DNA of 64,000 nt, from the sequence record OP172790; one strand, given 5' to 3'. Below are positions 1-9,126 of this stretch, one piece after another. The position numbers and the translations under genes were made by a program. Source of the stretch: Escherichia phage ECO319P1. Each line of letters opens with the position of its first letter. Position 1 is the first letter of the stretch. Below the pieces are notes generated by a model. The model made no database searches and was not told the DNA's origin. It was given only the letters and a program-made list of their open reading frames with translations.

Positions 1-301
1 AAAATCCCGCCTCTGTTACAAGGCATCCGCCACGTTGCATAAGTATTCACTTCTCCGCATAGTTGAGTATGAAATATTCCGTATGATTTAACATTCTTTT
101 GACCTTTTCTTTTCAGTGTAAGCAATTGATTTGTATGGGATAACATCTCACACGTTAATCATAGTGTTAATTCTATGTTAAATTCGTGTGGTTTATGTGG
201 GTTGATATGTTATTGAATTGTATAGAATCCTTATGAATCAATAGGTTAGCGATAGGGCAATCAAGCTCGCATCAATTAAAGTGAACGGGTATCATTATTC
301 C

Positions 302-490
302 TGTGGATAAGTTAAGGATTAATGAGAAGTTATCCACAATCTGAAGAAATCCACCTTCCCGAAATCCCTGTGGATAACTCACTAACTATCTGTTTTATAT
401 AATCTTTTATCACTGAAATAAGTTATACATTTAACGAAAAAGTTAAGCTAGACGTAGACCTGTGGATAACTAACGTTTCAATGTGGATAA
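302..490. promoter_or_regulatory. cluster of five perfect DnaA boxes with adjacent AT-rich tract; candidate origin or DnaA-binding control region
   Basis: TGTGGATAA at 302-310, 369-377, 461-469, 482-490 and TTATCCACA at 330-338; AT-rich stretch about 380-440; no ORF. Confidence 0.6.
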
Positions 491-683
491 GATGAAAGTT
501 ATACATGAGATAATGATTGACAAGTGATAGGAATGTATGTTAATCAAAGACTTATTCATATTATCAAGATAAGACAAGGTGATAAAAGTCTATATAAATC
601 AATAAGTTATAGAATGAATACACTTTATGACTAACTAAAATCCTTTATAAATCAGTGAGTTAGTAAATAGTTTAAAATACTTG

Positions 684-712
684 TTGCAATCCCTAAACGT
701 TATCCCTAATAT
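684..712 (+). promoter_or_regulatory. sigma70-like early promoter candidate
   Basis: TTGCAA (684-689), 17 bp spacer, TAATAT (707-712). Confidence 0.4.
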
Positions 713-928
713 AGCCAGCGTTGACACGGCAACGGGTTAACAAGAAAGATTAATCAGATAATGATTGACTTTCTCTGATAGGTTAGTAATACTATCAACG
801 CTCTTTAATAATCTGGCTTGTTACTGTTAAATCATTATGATTCTTTCAGTTACCTATAATGTGAGCTTAACTGTTTAAATGTACAGTGTACGGGTGAACT
901 AGGAATTGAAAAAGAATTTAAAAAGTGG

Positions 929-958
929 TTGACAGTGTGAAACAAGCTAGGTTAGAAT
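929..958 (+). promoter_or_regulatory. sigma70-like early promoter candidate
   Basis: TTGACA (929-934), 18 bp spacer, TAGAAT (953-958); upstream of the first plus-strand genes. Confidence 0.5.
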
Positions 959-1011
959 GAGCATCAAGTTAACAGAACAACGTTAACGAGTGAGAGACAA
1001 GAAATTATCTC

Positions 1012-1034
1012 TTATTATAATGTGCAATAATTAC
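1012..1034 (-). promoter_or_regulatory. phage promoter element TAATTATTGCACATTATAATAAG, inverted copy firing leftward
   Basis: reverse complement of 1012-1034 is identical to the element at 40331-40353. Confidence 0.5.
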
Positions 1035-1045
1035 GGGGTAACAGT

Positions 1046-1153
1046 ATGGTTACTTACAGCAATGAATTAACGTCTAAACAGATGTTAAAATCAGCCAACA
1101 AATTTTGGTTGATTGTAGGGTTGACAGTCGCCGCATTGATTGTTATCCTGTAA
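1046..1153 (+). CDS. small hydrophobic peptide (35 aa), hypothetical
   Basis: ATG 1046, stop 1151-1153, predicted TM segment FWLIVGLTVAALIVIL; not in ORF track (under 60 aa). Confidence 0.25.
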   Translation: MVTYSNELTSKQMLKSANKFWLIVGLTVAALIVIL

Positions 1154-1775
1154 GCACAAATTGAGGCGTAGTCACTGCCTCGCTGGTTACTAAGCTGCCA
1201 GTATAATTCGCGGGTCTTTAAACACTTGATTGTGTACCTGTGTATCTGGATTGGTGGAGTATAAAGGCAAATAGTACGCCGCAAATCATCGCGGTAAAGT
1301 CTGCTCAATAGTGTTAGCATGGCGGCTAGTATTGCGTCACTGGTGAAACTCCAGCTAGTGTTAACATATGACTATAAACAAAACAGTGCTGAGGCTGGCT
1401 GTGAGCAAATAGGGCAAAACATCGCCTAACATCCGAGCGTTTCCATTCTCACTTTGAGTTGTGAGACTGACAAGGCGTAGACCTGTCGGGGCGTTCCCAG
1501 CAATACGGGAAAATATGGGGCAAGAGTTTTACGCTTGCAGTTTAAGCGGTTCTCTTGTGTCAATGGTGAGAGGTTTTTGACTCACTAACGACAAACTAAA
1601 AACATGGCGATAAGTTAACAGGTTGATTGAGACTCCGTATACAATAAAGCTCCGCCATTGCCCTACTTGCTAGGGGTCAGAAATAACGGCAAGGATGTTT
1701 GAGTTATGCAATTAGTTAGGCGGCTGTTACATACTAACGATTGCATAGCCCGTCAAACATTAACGAGGAATAGTT

Positions 1776-2120
1776 ATGAGTAAGAAACGTGCAATCGGTC
1801 GCATGATTCATAACGGTGTACAAATTAACAAGATTGTTACGCCGAACATGGTTAAGGCAATCAAACGCCGTGAAAACCTTGTTAAAGAATTGAATACGGT
1901 TATTGACAATGTTGATAAACGTTTCACCTTTGAGCAAGTGATGCGAGCTAAAACGGCTCTGCGTAAATTGTATGCTCAAAGTCATGCGCTTGATGAAAAG
2001 CCACTGACTAACAATAAAGATAGTTGGTGTGCGAAAGGCAAGCGTTACGCAACTGGTAAACAAAAAGCTAAACGTTTACCGTCACAACCACGCGTTGAAT
2101 TTTCACGCAAATCTAAATAA
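1776..2120 (+). CDS. hypothetical basic early protein
   Basis: ORF with AGGAA RBS upstream; Lys/Arg-rich. Confidence 0.5.
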   Translation: MSKKRAIGRMIHNGVQINKIVTPNMVKAIKRRENLVKELNTVIDNVDKRFTFEQVMRAKTALRKLYAQSHALDEKPLTNNKDSWCAKGKRYATGKQKAKRLPSQPRVEFSRKSK

Positions 2121-2147
2121 CTTTTTCATACAATCGAGGATTATCAA

Positions 2148-2735
2148 ATGACTACTATCTCTACTTCTGCTCTGGTTCGCGGTCAGTCTAACATCAACAA
2201 CGCTTTTGCTGCACTGACTGGCAAACGCTCTGAAATCATCGCAGAAACTAACCTGCTGCTGGTATCTTCCATCGTTCACGCTCACGAACATGGTGATGTT
2301 ACTGTCCTGAATGCGTGGGCTACTGCTTTCCCTGCTAAATCCACAAGCAACGCGCAAGTAATGGCATTCATCAAGAAATTTGCGCCTGCAAAATGGGTGA
2401 AAGCTGATGGTGCGTTCAAGCTGGATAAAAACAACCGCGTAGCTGAGGGCTTCACTGAGTCCGAGTTAGGCCAACTGCTGCTGTCCTCCTCTTATCATGA
2501 CTTCATGAAAGAGAAGAAAGAGAAAACCGAAAAGGTTTACAACGCCGACCTGATGGCGTGGAATGCTGTTAAATCTCTGGAAGCGTCATTCGAAAAACAG
2601 GGCGTAGCTCTGAGTGCTGAGGCACTGGCACACCTGAACGCTTTCAAAGAAGCGGTTAAACGTGGTGCGGTTGACTTTACTCTGGCTGAGTCTGAGAAGG
2701 CTAACCGTGAGAAAGCTCTGAAGAAATTCGCTTAA
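2148..2735 (+). CDS. hypothetical early protein
   Basis: 195 aa ORF, GAGGA RBS, codon usage typical of expressed genes. Confidence 0.6.
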   Translation: MTTISTSALVRGQSNINNAFAALTGKRSEIIAETNLLLVSSIVHAHEHGDVTVLNAWATAFPAKSTSNAQVMAFIKKFAPAKWVKADGAFKLDKNNRVAEGFTESELGQLLLSSSYHDFMKEKKEKTEKVYNADLMAWNAVKSLEASFEKQGVALSAEALAHLNAFKEAVKRGAVDFTLAESEKANREKALKKFA

Positions 2736-2762
2736 TCTTACAGTGTAATCATCAAGCTCGTG

Positions 2763-2774
2763 ACTACGGTGACG
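2763..2774 (+). repeat. copy 1 of over-represented 12-mer ACTACGGTGACG (intergenic)
   Basis: exact match. Confidence 0.9.
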
Positions 2775-2802
2775 GGCTTTATTGGTAGCATTGGAGGATT
2801 CG

Positions 2803-3180
2803 ATGGCACGACTGACTAAGGCGCAACGTTCTGAACTGCGTCACGTTCGCAATGAAGCATTCAAACGTAACAATATCAAAGGCGCTCAATCTCGCCACCC
2901 TGATAAACCTGTCACTGAGTATAAGCGACGGGCTAATTGTGTACGTCTGGAAAGCGACAAGGCACGACGTCCAGATAAAAGTAACGTTGTCTTTGGTGAT
3001 GTTGAGCCGCCGTCTGAAAAGCCAGACACTAACATTGAATCATTCCGCAACGCTTTCAGTGATAAGCTGGCAGCATTGGGTTGGACTCGTGACGATTGGG
3101 CTTTGTGGAAGCAAGCACGTAACGATAATCCGTCTTTAACTTTGCACGACTATAGAGAATCATTAAAGGTATCAAAATGA
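2803..3180 (+). CDS. hypothetical protein
   Basis: start moved to ATG 2803 preceded by GGAGGA; track ORF began at an upstream TTG. Confidence 0.5.
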   Translation: MARLTKAQRSELRHVRNEAFKRNNIKGAQSRHPDKPVTEYKRRANCVRLESDKARRPDKSNVVFGDVEPPSEKPDTNIESFRNAFSDKLAALGWTRDDWALWKQARNDNPSLTLHDYRESLKVSK

Positions 3181-3359
3181 GTAAGGCCGCACACATTGGC
3201 ATGACTGAGAGCGCACTAGACCGCCGTGAACGTCTGCTTAACGCTTACACCAAACCTAAGCGCCCTGTGAGTGAGAACGTTCGCATCAACAACGAAAACC
3301 AATACACGACTCGTAAAGAGTACGCCACCAAAAATCAAGCGTTCGGTGCTGTATGGTAA
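3177..3359 (+). CDS. hypothetical small protein
   Basis: ATGA overlap with upstream gene. Confidence 0.4.
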   Translation: MSKAAHIGMTESALDRRERLLNAYTKPKRPVSENVRINNENQYTTRKEYATKNQAFGAVW

Positions 3360-3502
3360 ACTATAACGTTGGTCATTTTGATACAGAGAAAATGTCTCTG
3401 AAAGAATTTGTCGCCTATTGCAAGGCGCAAGACTCAATCCACACCTGCCCGACTCGTGAAGTTGCTGAGTTAGGCGCAATCATTGAGGCGTTAGGTTACT
3501 AA
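3353..3502 (+). CDS. hypothetical small protein (49 aa)
   Basis: ATG overlapping upstream stop; under 60 aa. Confidence 0.3.
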   Translation: MVNYNVGHFDTEKMSLKEFVAYCKAQDSIHTCPTREVAELGAIIEALGY

Positions 3503-3621
3503 TGGCTACTCGTAATTCAGAAGTTACTACGGTGACGGCTCGCGTGGTGTCTGGTGTGCTGTCGTTGTCTGCATTCGGTGCGTTCTTTGGTCTGCTGATT
3601 GGTGGATTCATTGGACTTTGA
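3502..3621 (+). CDS. small single-TM membrane peptide (39 aa)
   Basis: hydrophobic C-terminal half; contains 12-mer copy 2. Confidence 0.3.
   Translation: MATRNSEVTTVTARVVSGVLSLSAFGAFFGLLIGGFIGL
3526..3537 (+). repeat. copy 2 of 12-mer ACTACGGTGACG
   Basis: exact match, read as T-T-V-T. Confidence 0.9.
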
Positions 3622-3801
3622 CAAGCATATAAAGCTCGCTGATTTGATGCACGAATCGACGGGCTTTGCTCATTGTGTCGTGCAGCGTGGTGGCGAGTTG
3701 AAAGTGATTGAACATCGTCGTCATAAAAATAAACCTGTACACGGTGTTGTGTACTCGTCTAAACTTGGCAAGGAGAAGCGGGAATTTTTGAGAGGTAAAT
3801 A

Positions 3802-4062
3802 ATGGCGGCTGGTTATCTTGGTGGTGACTGTGTACAAGCGCAGATTGACGCGACTATTGACAGCGCGATTGATTTTGCACGTTCGCAGATTAGCAAAGGT
3901 GAGTCGTTAGAATTTTGTGCGGATTGTGATGAAGAAATTCCAGAGGCTAGACGTAAGATTATTACTGGCTGCCGTTACTGCGTTCTTTGTCAATCCAAAC
4001 ACGACCAAAAGGTTAGCTCTGGCTATAATCGTCGGGGTTCAAAGGATAGTCAAATAAGGTGA
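3802..4062 (+). CDS. TraR/DksA-type C4 zinc-finger protein (probable RNAP-binding regulator)
   Basis: CADC...(x17)...CRYC spacing typical of the DksA/TraR zinc finger. Confidence 0.55.
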   Translation: MAAGYLGGDCVQAQIDATIDSAIDFARSQISKGESLEFCADCDEEIPEARRKIITGCRYCVLCQSKHDQKVSSGYNRRGSKDSQIR

Positions 4063-4283
4063 ACGAAATGCGTATTCCATTACCGTATTATCTCGAAGAG
4101 AAAGAAATTACAGACATTGAGGACTTGAAAGGTACTCGTGTTCTGTACCGTTACCACCGTCAAAGCCGTAAAGTATACGGTAAAATTGACCAATTTTCTT
4201 TCAAAACGGGTAAGGCTTATGTGCTGTGGGAAGATGGTAAACAGCAATGGGTTTGTGCTGTATCTCTTGAGGTAATCGTATGA
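4059..4283 (+). CDS. hypothetical protein
   Basis: ORF overlapping upstream stop. Confidence 0.4.
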   Translation: MNEMRIPLPYYLEEKEITDIEDLKGTRVLYRYHRQSRKVYGKIDQFSFKTGKAYVLWEDGKQQWVCAVSLEVIV

Positions 4284-4687
4284 AGAAGCAATTTGTTAAG
4301 TCAATGTTAATCGCATTGACTATCGCCGGTTGTCACCCTGTACCAGCCAGTGCGTCCCCATTAAAGGGAGAGATGCGCGAGATGGCTCTTGAGTTGTGCG
4401 CTAAGTCTGTCGCTGCTAATGACCTGATGCTTGAGTGCATCGAAATGGTGAGCAGTGACTACTATGACGCCGCCATGCAGGGTGGTCAACGTGTGCTTGA
4501 CAAGCGCATTCCCTCTGACAACGAGATTGTGGCTATCACTCGCCAACATCTTGACTGTGATGTTGCTAGTCCAATCTGTCAGCAAACGCAATACAACTAC
4601 ATGACGTGGTTCAAGTATGGAGCCATGTCTATTATGGACAACGACAAAGAGTTTAAGAGCGAAGTTAAAGCTTATTACTCTGAATGA
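4280..4687 (+). CDS. putative lipoprotein (early)
   Basis: N-terminal signal with lipobox LTIAGC; Cys-rich mature part. Confidence 0.5.
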   Translation: MKKQFVKSMLIALTIAGCHPVPASASPLKGEMREMALELCAKSVAANDLMLECIEMVSSDYYDAAMQGGQRVLDKRIPSDNEIVAITRQHLDCDVASPICQQTQYNYMTWFKYGAMSIMDNDKEFKSEVKAYYSE

Positions 4688-4703
4688 TAGAAGGTAATAC
4701 AAG

Positions 4704-5138
4704 ATGAAGTTCTCGCCTGAAATGTATGAGGCTTACCAAACTATCAAACCAATGATGATGGATTTGTATCCGCTTGCTATGAAGCCGAACGACCCATTGC
4801 CATTGACGATTGAAGCTCAACAGAAAATGCAGACCGACCCATACATTCGTTTCAGTGATAACGAGTTGGCTTGGTTCTTTACTATCTGGCTGGCTCGCCG
4901 TGAGTACACTATGAACATCTGCCGCTTGCAAAAGCTGTATGATGAAAATGGTGTTGAAGTTTGTGATGTTCCTCATGAAGTTCTTGCTGACCGTGCGTAC
5001 CATCTAGCCAGATTCACCCGTACATTGGATATGTCCAATCGTACATGGAAAAGGTTAAAAGCAAAGGCACATGGCTACAGTAAACAGACAACAGGTAAAG
5101 ATGATTTCAACCCTTGGGGCAGACGAAGCGACGTGTGA
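4704..5138 (+). CDS. hypothetical protein
   Basis: 144 aa ORF. Confidence 0.45.
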   Translation: MKFSPEMYEAYQTIKPMMMDLYPLAMKPNDPLPLTIEAQQKMQTDPYIRFSDNELAWFFTIWLARREYTMNICRLQKLYDENGVEVCDVPHEVLADRAYHLARFTRTLDMSNRTWKRLKAKAHGYSKQTTGKDDFNPWGRRSDV

Positions 5139-5362
5139 CCGTTACGAACGTCTAAGCCAACGCCGCTATGAGCGTCGAATCTCTGAGAATTTGGAGAAGC
5201 GATTGCTTGAAGCGGCTAAAGATAGTGTTGATAAGTCGAAAGCCAATGTTATTAATGGGAGTCGTTGGTAATGATTGACCGTAAAGGTTTTGGTATTCGT
5301 ATGCCTGATGGTTCTATCTTCTGGTTCCACAATTCTAATCCACGAGCTAAAAAGGTGTAGTC

Positions 5363-5659
5363 ATGGATATCGTAATGCAAGAGTACGAGGACGCTCTAGT
5401 TACCATGCAGTTAGCGGTAACGGCTGAACAGATAAATGCACGTATGGACAAGCGTATGTCCAAACCTAATCGCGCATTAACAGCCTGCATTAATGAAGTG
5501 TTGAAGCGCATCACCTCTGACCAAGTTCGTCGTGTGATGATTGGTATATCTTTTCAGGGGCAGCCAGTAGCAGGTCTTACAAAGACTGTGCGTGAGTATC
5601 TGGAAGTCAAGGCTAAGATTGAACGCGATGGATATGTGATTTTAAAAATGAAGGATTAA
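5363..5659 (+). CDS. hypothetical protein
   Basis: 98 aa ORF. Confidence 0.45.
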   Translation: MDIVMQEYEDALVTMQLAVTAEQINARMDKRMSKPNRALTACINEVLKRITSDQVRRVMIGISFQGQPVAGLTKTVREYLEVKAKIERDGYVILKMKD

Positions 5660-5662
5660 CTT

Positions 5663-6163
5663 ATGTTAGCTTCTGATGTGCCATTCAACACTGTAATAAT
5701 TAAAATGGGTGAGAAGATTAAGAATGCGAACAATCGCCACCTTGTCTTTGATTTTACTGTCGCCCAATTTCAGCGTCTCTTTGTCCGTGGCACCTGTGCT
5801 TACAGTGATAAAGAGTTTCAGAGTACGTCTGATATGACTATTGAACGTCTCGACCCACTAATCGGTTACGTGCATGGTAACTGTGTACTCGTGTGTAACA
5901 GGCTGAATCAGTTACGCAAGCCAATTGATGAATTCCTCAAAGACGTTCGCGTTGACGACGAGGATAAGATTCGCATGTTAGAGCTTGCACTGAAGACTGT
6001 TAAACGTCGAGTCGTTGAAGCTGGTCGTGCTGAACAAGAAGCTATCATGGCTAAACAAATCCGAGCGTCTAACCTCGCTGCGATGGCGAATGATATGAAG
6101 CGTAAGCGCTTTACTACGGTGACGCCCGCCAATGGAGAGTCCCCAAATGAATCATCATGCTGA
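5663..6163 (+). CDS. hypothetical protein with degenerate HNH-like motif
   Basis: segment YVHGNCVLVCNRLNQLRK resembles the distal half of an HNH motif; first His not evident. Confidence 0.4.
   Translation: MLASDVPFNTVIIKMGEKIKNANNRHLVFDFTVAQFQRLFVRGTCAYSDKEFQSTSDMTIERLDPLIGYVHGNCVLVCNRLNQLRKPIDEFLKDVRVDDEDKIRMLELALKTVKRRVVEAGRAEQEAIMAKQIRASNLAAMANDMKRKRFTTVTPANGESPNESSC
6113..6124 (+). repeat. copy 3 of 12-mer ACTACGGTGACG
   Basis: exact match, read as T-T-V-T. Confidence 0.9.
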
Positions 6164-6383
6164 ACTGCATAACGCAACGCTGTATAAACATGACGGTGGT
6201 GCATGGCTTGAAGGTCGTATTTATAACGACACCCATACCCACGGCAATCATCCGTTCCGTGATGGTACTCCAGTCACCACAACTAATGTGAGTGATGAAG
6301 TTCTGGATGGTGGCAACACCTATATGATTACCCGCAACACGACTTATAAAATGGTCGGTGTGGTTCGTGAGGTGGAGTTATGA
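6132..6383 (+). CDS. hypothetical protein
   Basis: 83 aa ORF, start uncertain. Confidence 0.35.
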   Translation: MESPQMNHHAELHNATLYKHDGGAWLEGRIYNDTHTHGNHPFRDGTPVTTTNVSDEVLDGGNTYMITRNTTYKMVGVVREVEL

Positions 6384-7267
6384 TTAAGCTGCTGCTTAAC
6401 AATGTGGAAATGCACTTGAATCGTAAGCGTTTCCCTGATATGGCCACCGGTATTGAAATCGTTGGTCAAGTTCCTGCCCGTGTTGAAGTGGCAACTATTG
6501 ACGCCCGCTTTGATGGAGTTGCAAGCCCAAATGACATGCTCTTTGACATTGCGCAAGCGGTTGATGTGGTGCGCTCTATTAACAGTACTGCGGTTATTCG
6601 TCTGTTTATTCCGTATCTCCCATACGCAAGACAAGACCGCCGCATGACCAAGCATGACGCTTTCAGTTTGAAAGTGTTCGGTAACCTGTTGAATTCATTG
6701 AAGATTAACACAATCATGTGCTTCGATGCTCATTCAGATGTTGCCGCAGGTATCATTGATAACCTGACTGTGATTGGTCAAGACCGAATCATGGGCATCA
6801 GTGAAGTCAGTCACGCATTGACTGTCAACGACCCGCTGATTGTTGCGCCTGATATGGGTGCTGTGAAGAAGATTCACAAAGTCTGTGCGAGCCTTAACCG
6901 TGCTGATTCACCGATTGTCATGGACAAAGAGCGTGAGCCGTCAACTGGTAAGATTGGTAATCATAAGATTATCTTTGGTACTGAGCGTGTTGATGGTCGT
7001 AACTGCTTGATTGTAGACGACATTTGTGATGGTGGTCGTACATTCATTAGCGCAGCGACTGAGTTAAAAGCTGCTGGGGCTGCAACAGTTAGTCTGTATG
7101 TAACTCACGGCATCTTCTCTCAGGGCATTGACGCTCTGTTAGGTGGTGGTATTGATAAAGTATTCACCACTGACTCTTTAATCGACACTGGAACTCTGGC
7201 ATCTGAAAAGGTGCGTGTGTTTAAGTGTAACGATATTCTTTCTGCCTTTTCGATGGGACGTATCTAA
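6380..7267 (+). CDS. adps: PRPP-synthetase-family kinase; candidate ADP-ribose pyrophosphokinase (Adps-like)
   Basis: Prs motifs PYARQDRR, DAHS and PRPP-binding loop LIVDDICDGGRTF; GAGGTGGAG RBS. Confidence 0.75.
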   Translation: MIKLLLNNVEMHLNRKRFPDMATGIEIVGQVPARVEVATIDARFDGVASPNDMLFDIAQAVDVVRSINSTAVIRLFIPYLPYARQDRRMTKHDAFSLKVFGNLLNSLKINTIMCFDAHSDVAAGIIDNLTVIGQDRIMGISEVSHALTVNDPLIVAPDMGAVKKIHKVCASLNRADSPIVMDKEREPSTGKIGNHKIIFGTERVDGRNCLIVDDICDGGRTFISAATELKAAGAATVSLYVTHGIFSQGIDALLGGGIDKVFTTDSLIDTGTLASEKVRVFKCNDILSAFSMGRI

Positions 7268-8932
7268 ATGAAACTGAATCCTCTGTTTGCTGTTGATGGT
7301 TATAAGTTCTCTCATGGCCCGGCCTATCCGAAAGGCACTAACAAGCTGTATGATGTGTTCACACCTCGCAGCGATAAGTATTTCAACAGTCCGTTCTTTA
7401 AGAACTTGGACATTCGTAGCCCGCTGATTTGGGTTGGTATGCAAACCTTCATTCAGCATTGGTTAGTGGACGAGTTCAATGAGAGCTTCTTCAAAGCTGA
7501 TAAAGGTGCTGCTGTTGCCGAATTCAAGGAATTCCTTGATGCTTACTTCGGCGCAGATGCTGTATCTACAGATAACATCGCTGGTCTTCATGACCTTGGT
7601 TATCTGCCACTTGTAATCAAGACGATTCCTGAAGGTTGCAATGTGGATATGAAGGTTGCGACCTGCACCTTCGTCAACACCCATGACGACTTCGCATGGC
7701 TGGTTGGCTATCTCGAAACTTTGGTCAGTGCTGAACTGTGGCCTGCTGCAACTGCTGCCACTATCGCAATGAACTACAAGGCAATCGGCACCTATTGGGC
7801 TGAACTGACTTGTGAAACCAAAGACCACCTGCTGTGGCAATTCCACGACTTCAGTGCTCGTGGTGACATGGGCATGTGGGCTTGTAGCTTAGTTGGCCTC
7901 GGTCACTTAGCATCTTTCCGTGGTACTGACTCGGTGTTCGCACTGAAACGTACAATGACGCACTATGCTGTGCCTAATGTTCCTGCGACTGGCTACCTGT
8001 ACGGTGGTTCTGTTCCGGCAACTGAGCACTCAGTAATGTGCATGGGAGAAAAAGTAAGTGAACTCGAAACGTTCTCGCGGCTCATTCAAGAAGTATATCC
8101 AACGGGAATCGTCAGTATTGTCTCGGACACATGGGATTACTGGAAGGTTATCACCGAATTCCTCCCGACCCTTGCTGACACGATTAATGAACGTGACGGC
8201 AAAGTGGTCATTCGTCCAGATTCTGGTGACCCTATTGATATCATTTGTGGACGCCTATTTACTGACCTGAATGGTTGTGAACATCTGGGTCATGTACAGA
8301 CTGTGCTCATGTCAAAACCGGGTGCTGTTGGTCTGTACAAAGGAACCTATTATGAGTTCAAACGTGCAAGCGAAGAACTTGTAGTTGTGCCTGAGCATGT
8401 AGTTGCTGGCTCAATCGAAATGATGTGGCGTACCTTTGGTGGCACCATCAATAAGAAAGGCTTCAAGGTTCTGAATCCGAAGATTGGCCTGATTTATGGT
8501 GATTCAATCACTATGGAACGTGCCGAAGAAATCTTTGCTCGCCTCGCCGCGAAGGATTTCGCATCTTCAAACGTTGTGCTGGGCATCGGTTCATACACTT
8601 ATCAGTATGTGACCCGTGACACCTTCGGCTTCGCCATGAAAGCAACTTATGGTGAAGTAGACGGCGTTGGTCGTGAAATCTTTAAAGACCCTGCGACTGA
8701 CGATGGCACTAAGAAGTCCGCCAAAGGTCTGCTGAAACACGCATTCATTGATGGCGTATGGACTCAGACAGACATGGCATCTGCTCGTGAAGAACAAGAC
8801 ACTGAGCTGTTGACAGTGTTCCGCGACGGTGTTGCATATCCACATTGCGACATTGAAGTTGTTCGTCAGCGTGTAGACGCTCTGGTCGATGGTCTGGTTT
8901 ACTATCGCATGAAGAAGGAAGGACTGATTTAA
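7268..8932 (+). CDS. namat: Nampt-family phosphoribosyltransferase; candidate nicotinamide ADP-ribose transferase (Namat-like)
   Basis: N-terminus LFAVDGYKFSHG typical of nicotinamide phosphoribosyltransferases; 554 aa; immediately follows the Prs-like gene. Confidence 0.75.
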   Translation: MKLNPLFAVDGYKFSHGPAYPKGTNKLYDVFTPRSDKYFNSPFFKNLDIRSPLIWVGMQTFIQHWLVDEFNESFFKADKGAAVAEFKEFLDAYFGADAVSTDNIAGLHDLGYLPLVIKTIPEGCNVDMKVATCTFVNTHDDFAWLVGYLETLVSAELWPAATAATIAMNYKAIGTYWAELTCETKDHLLWQFHDFSARGDMGMWACSLVGLGHLASFRGTDSVFALKRTMTHYAVPNVPATGYLYGGSVPATEHSVMCMGEKVSELETFSRLIQEVYPTGIVSIVSDTWDYWKVITEFLPTLADTINERDGKVVIRPDSGDPIDIICGRLFTDLNGCEHLGHVQTVLMSKPGAVGLYKGTYYEFKRASEELVVVPEHVVAGSIEMMWRTFGGTINKKGFKVLNPKIGLIYGDSITMERAEEIFARLAAKDFASSNVVLGIGSYTYQYVTRDTFGFAMKATYGEVDGVGREIFKDPATDDGTKKSAKGLLKHAFIDGVWTQTDMASAREEQDTELLTVFRDGVAYPHCDIEVVRQRVDALVDGLVYYRMKKEGLI

Positions 8933-9126
8933 TGTTCGAAGCCTTAAAGAAATTCTTTAACTGGCTTGACACAAAGACAGCAGACCGTGTGTTTGCTGTT
9001 CTCTTTGCTGTCTTCGCTGTCCTTGACTTGAGCAAAGGTCATTATTGGTCTGCATTGTTCGATGTAGTCCTGATGTTACTGAGCATCTGGTCACTCAAAC
9101 GCAAACTCGCTAAAGGTAAAAACTAA
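8932..9126 (+). CDS. small two-TM membrane protein (holin-like topology)
   Basis: two hydrophobic segments and charged C-terminus KRKLAKGKN. Confidence 0.4.
   Translation: MFEALKKFFNWLDTKTADRVFAVLFAVFAVLDLSKGHYWSALFDVVLMLLSIWSLKRKLAKGKN

Noticed and set aside
1054-1320. 88-aa minus-strand ORF in the control region
   Set aside because: No RBS, atypical composition, and it lies upstream of the only minus-strand promoter element; likely spurious.
2782-2802. Track start codons lying inside RBS or promoter sequence (also 46716, 40337, 55621, 63522)
   Set aside because: These are TTG/GTG triplets within Shine-Dalgarno or promoter elements; downstream ATG starts with proper spacing were preferred.
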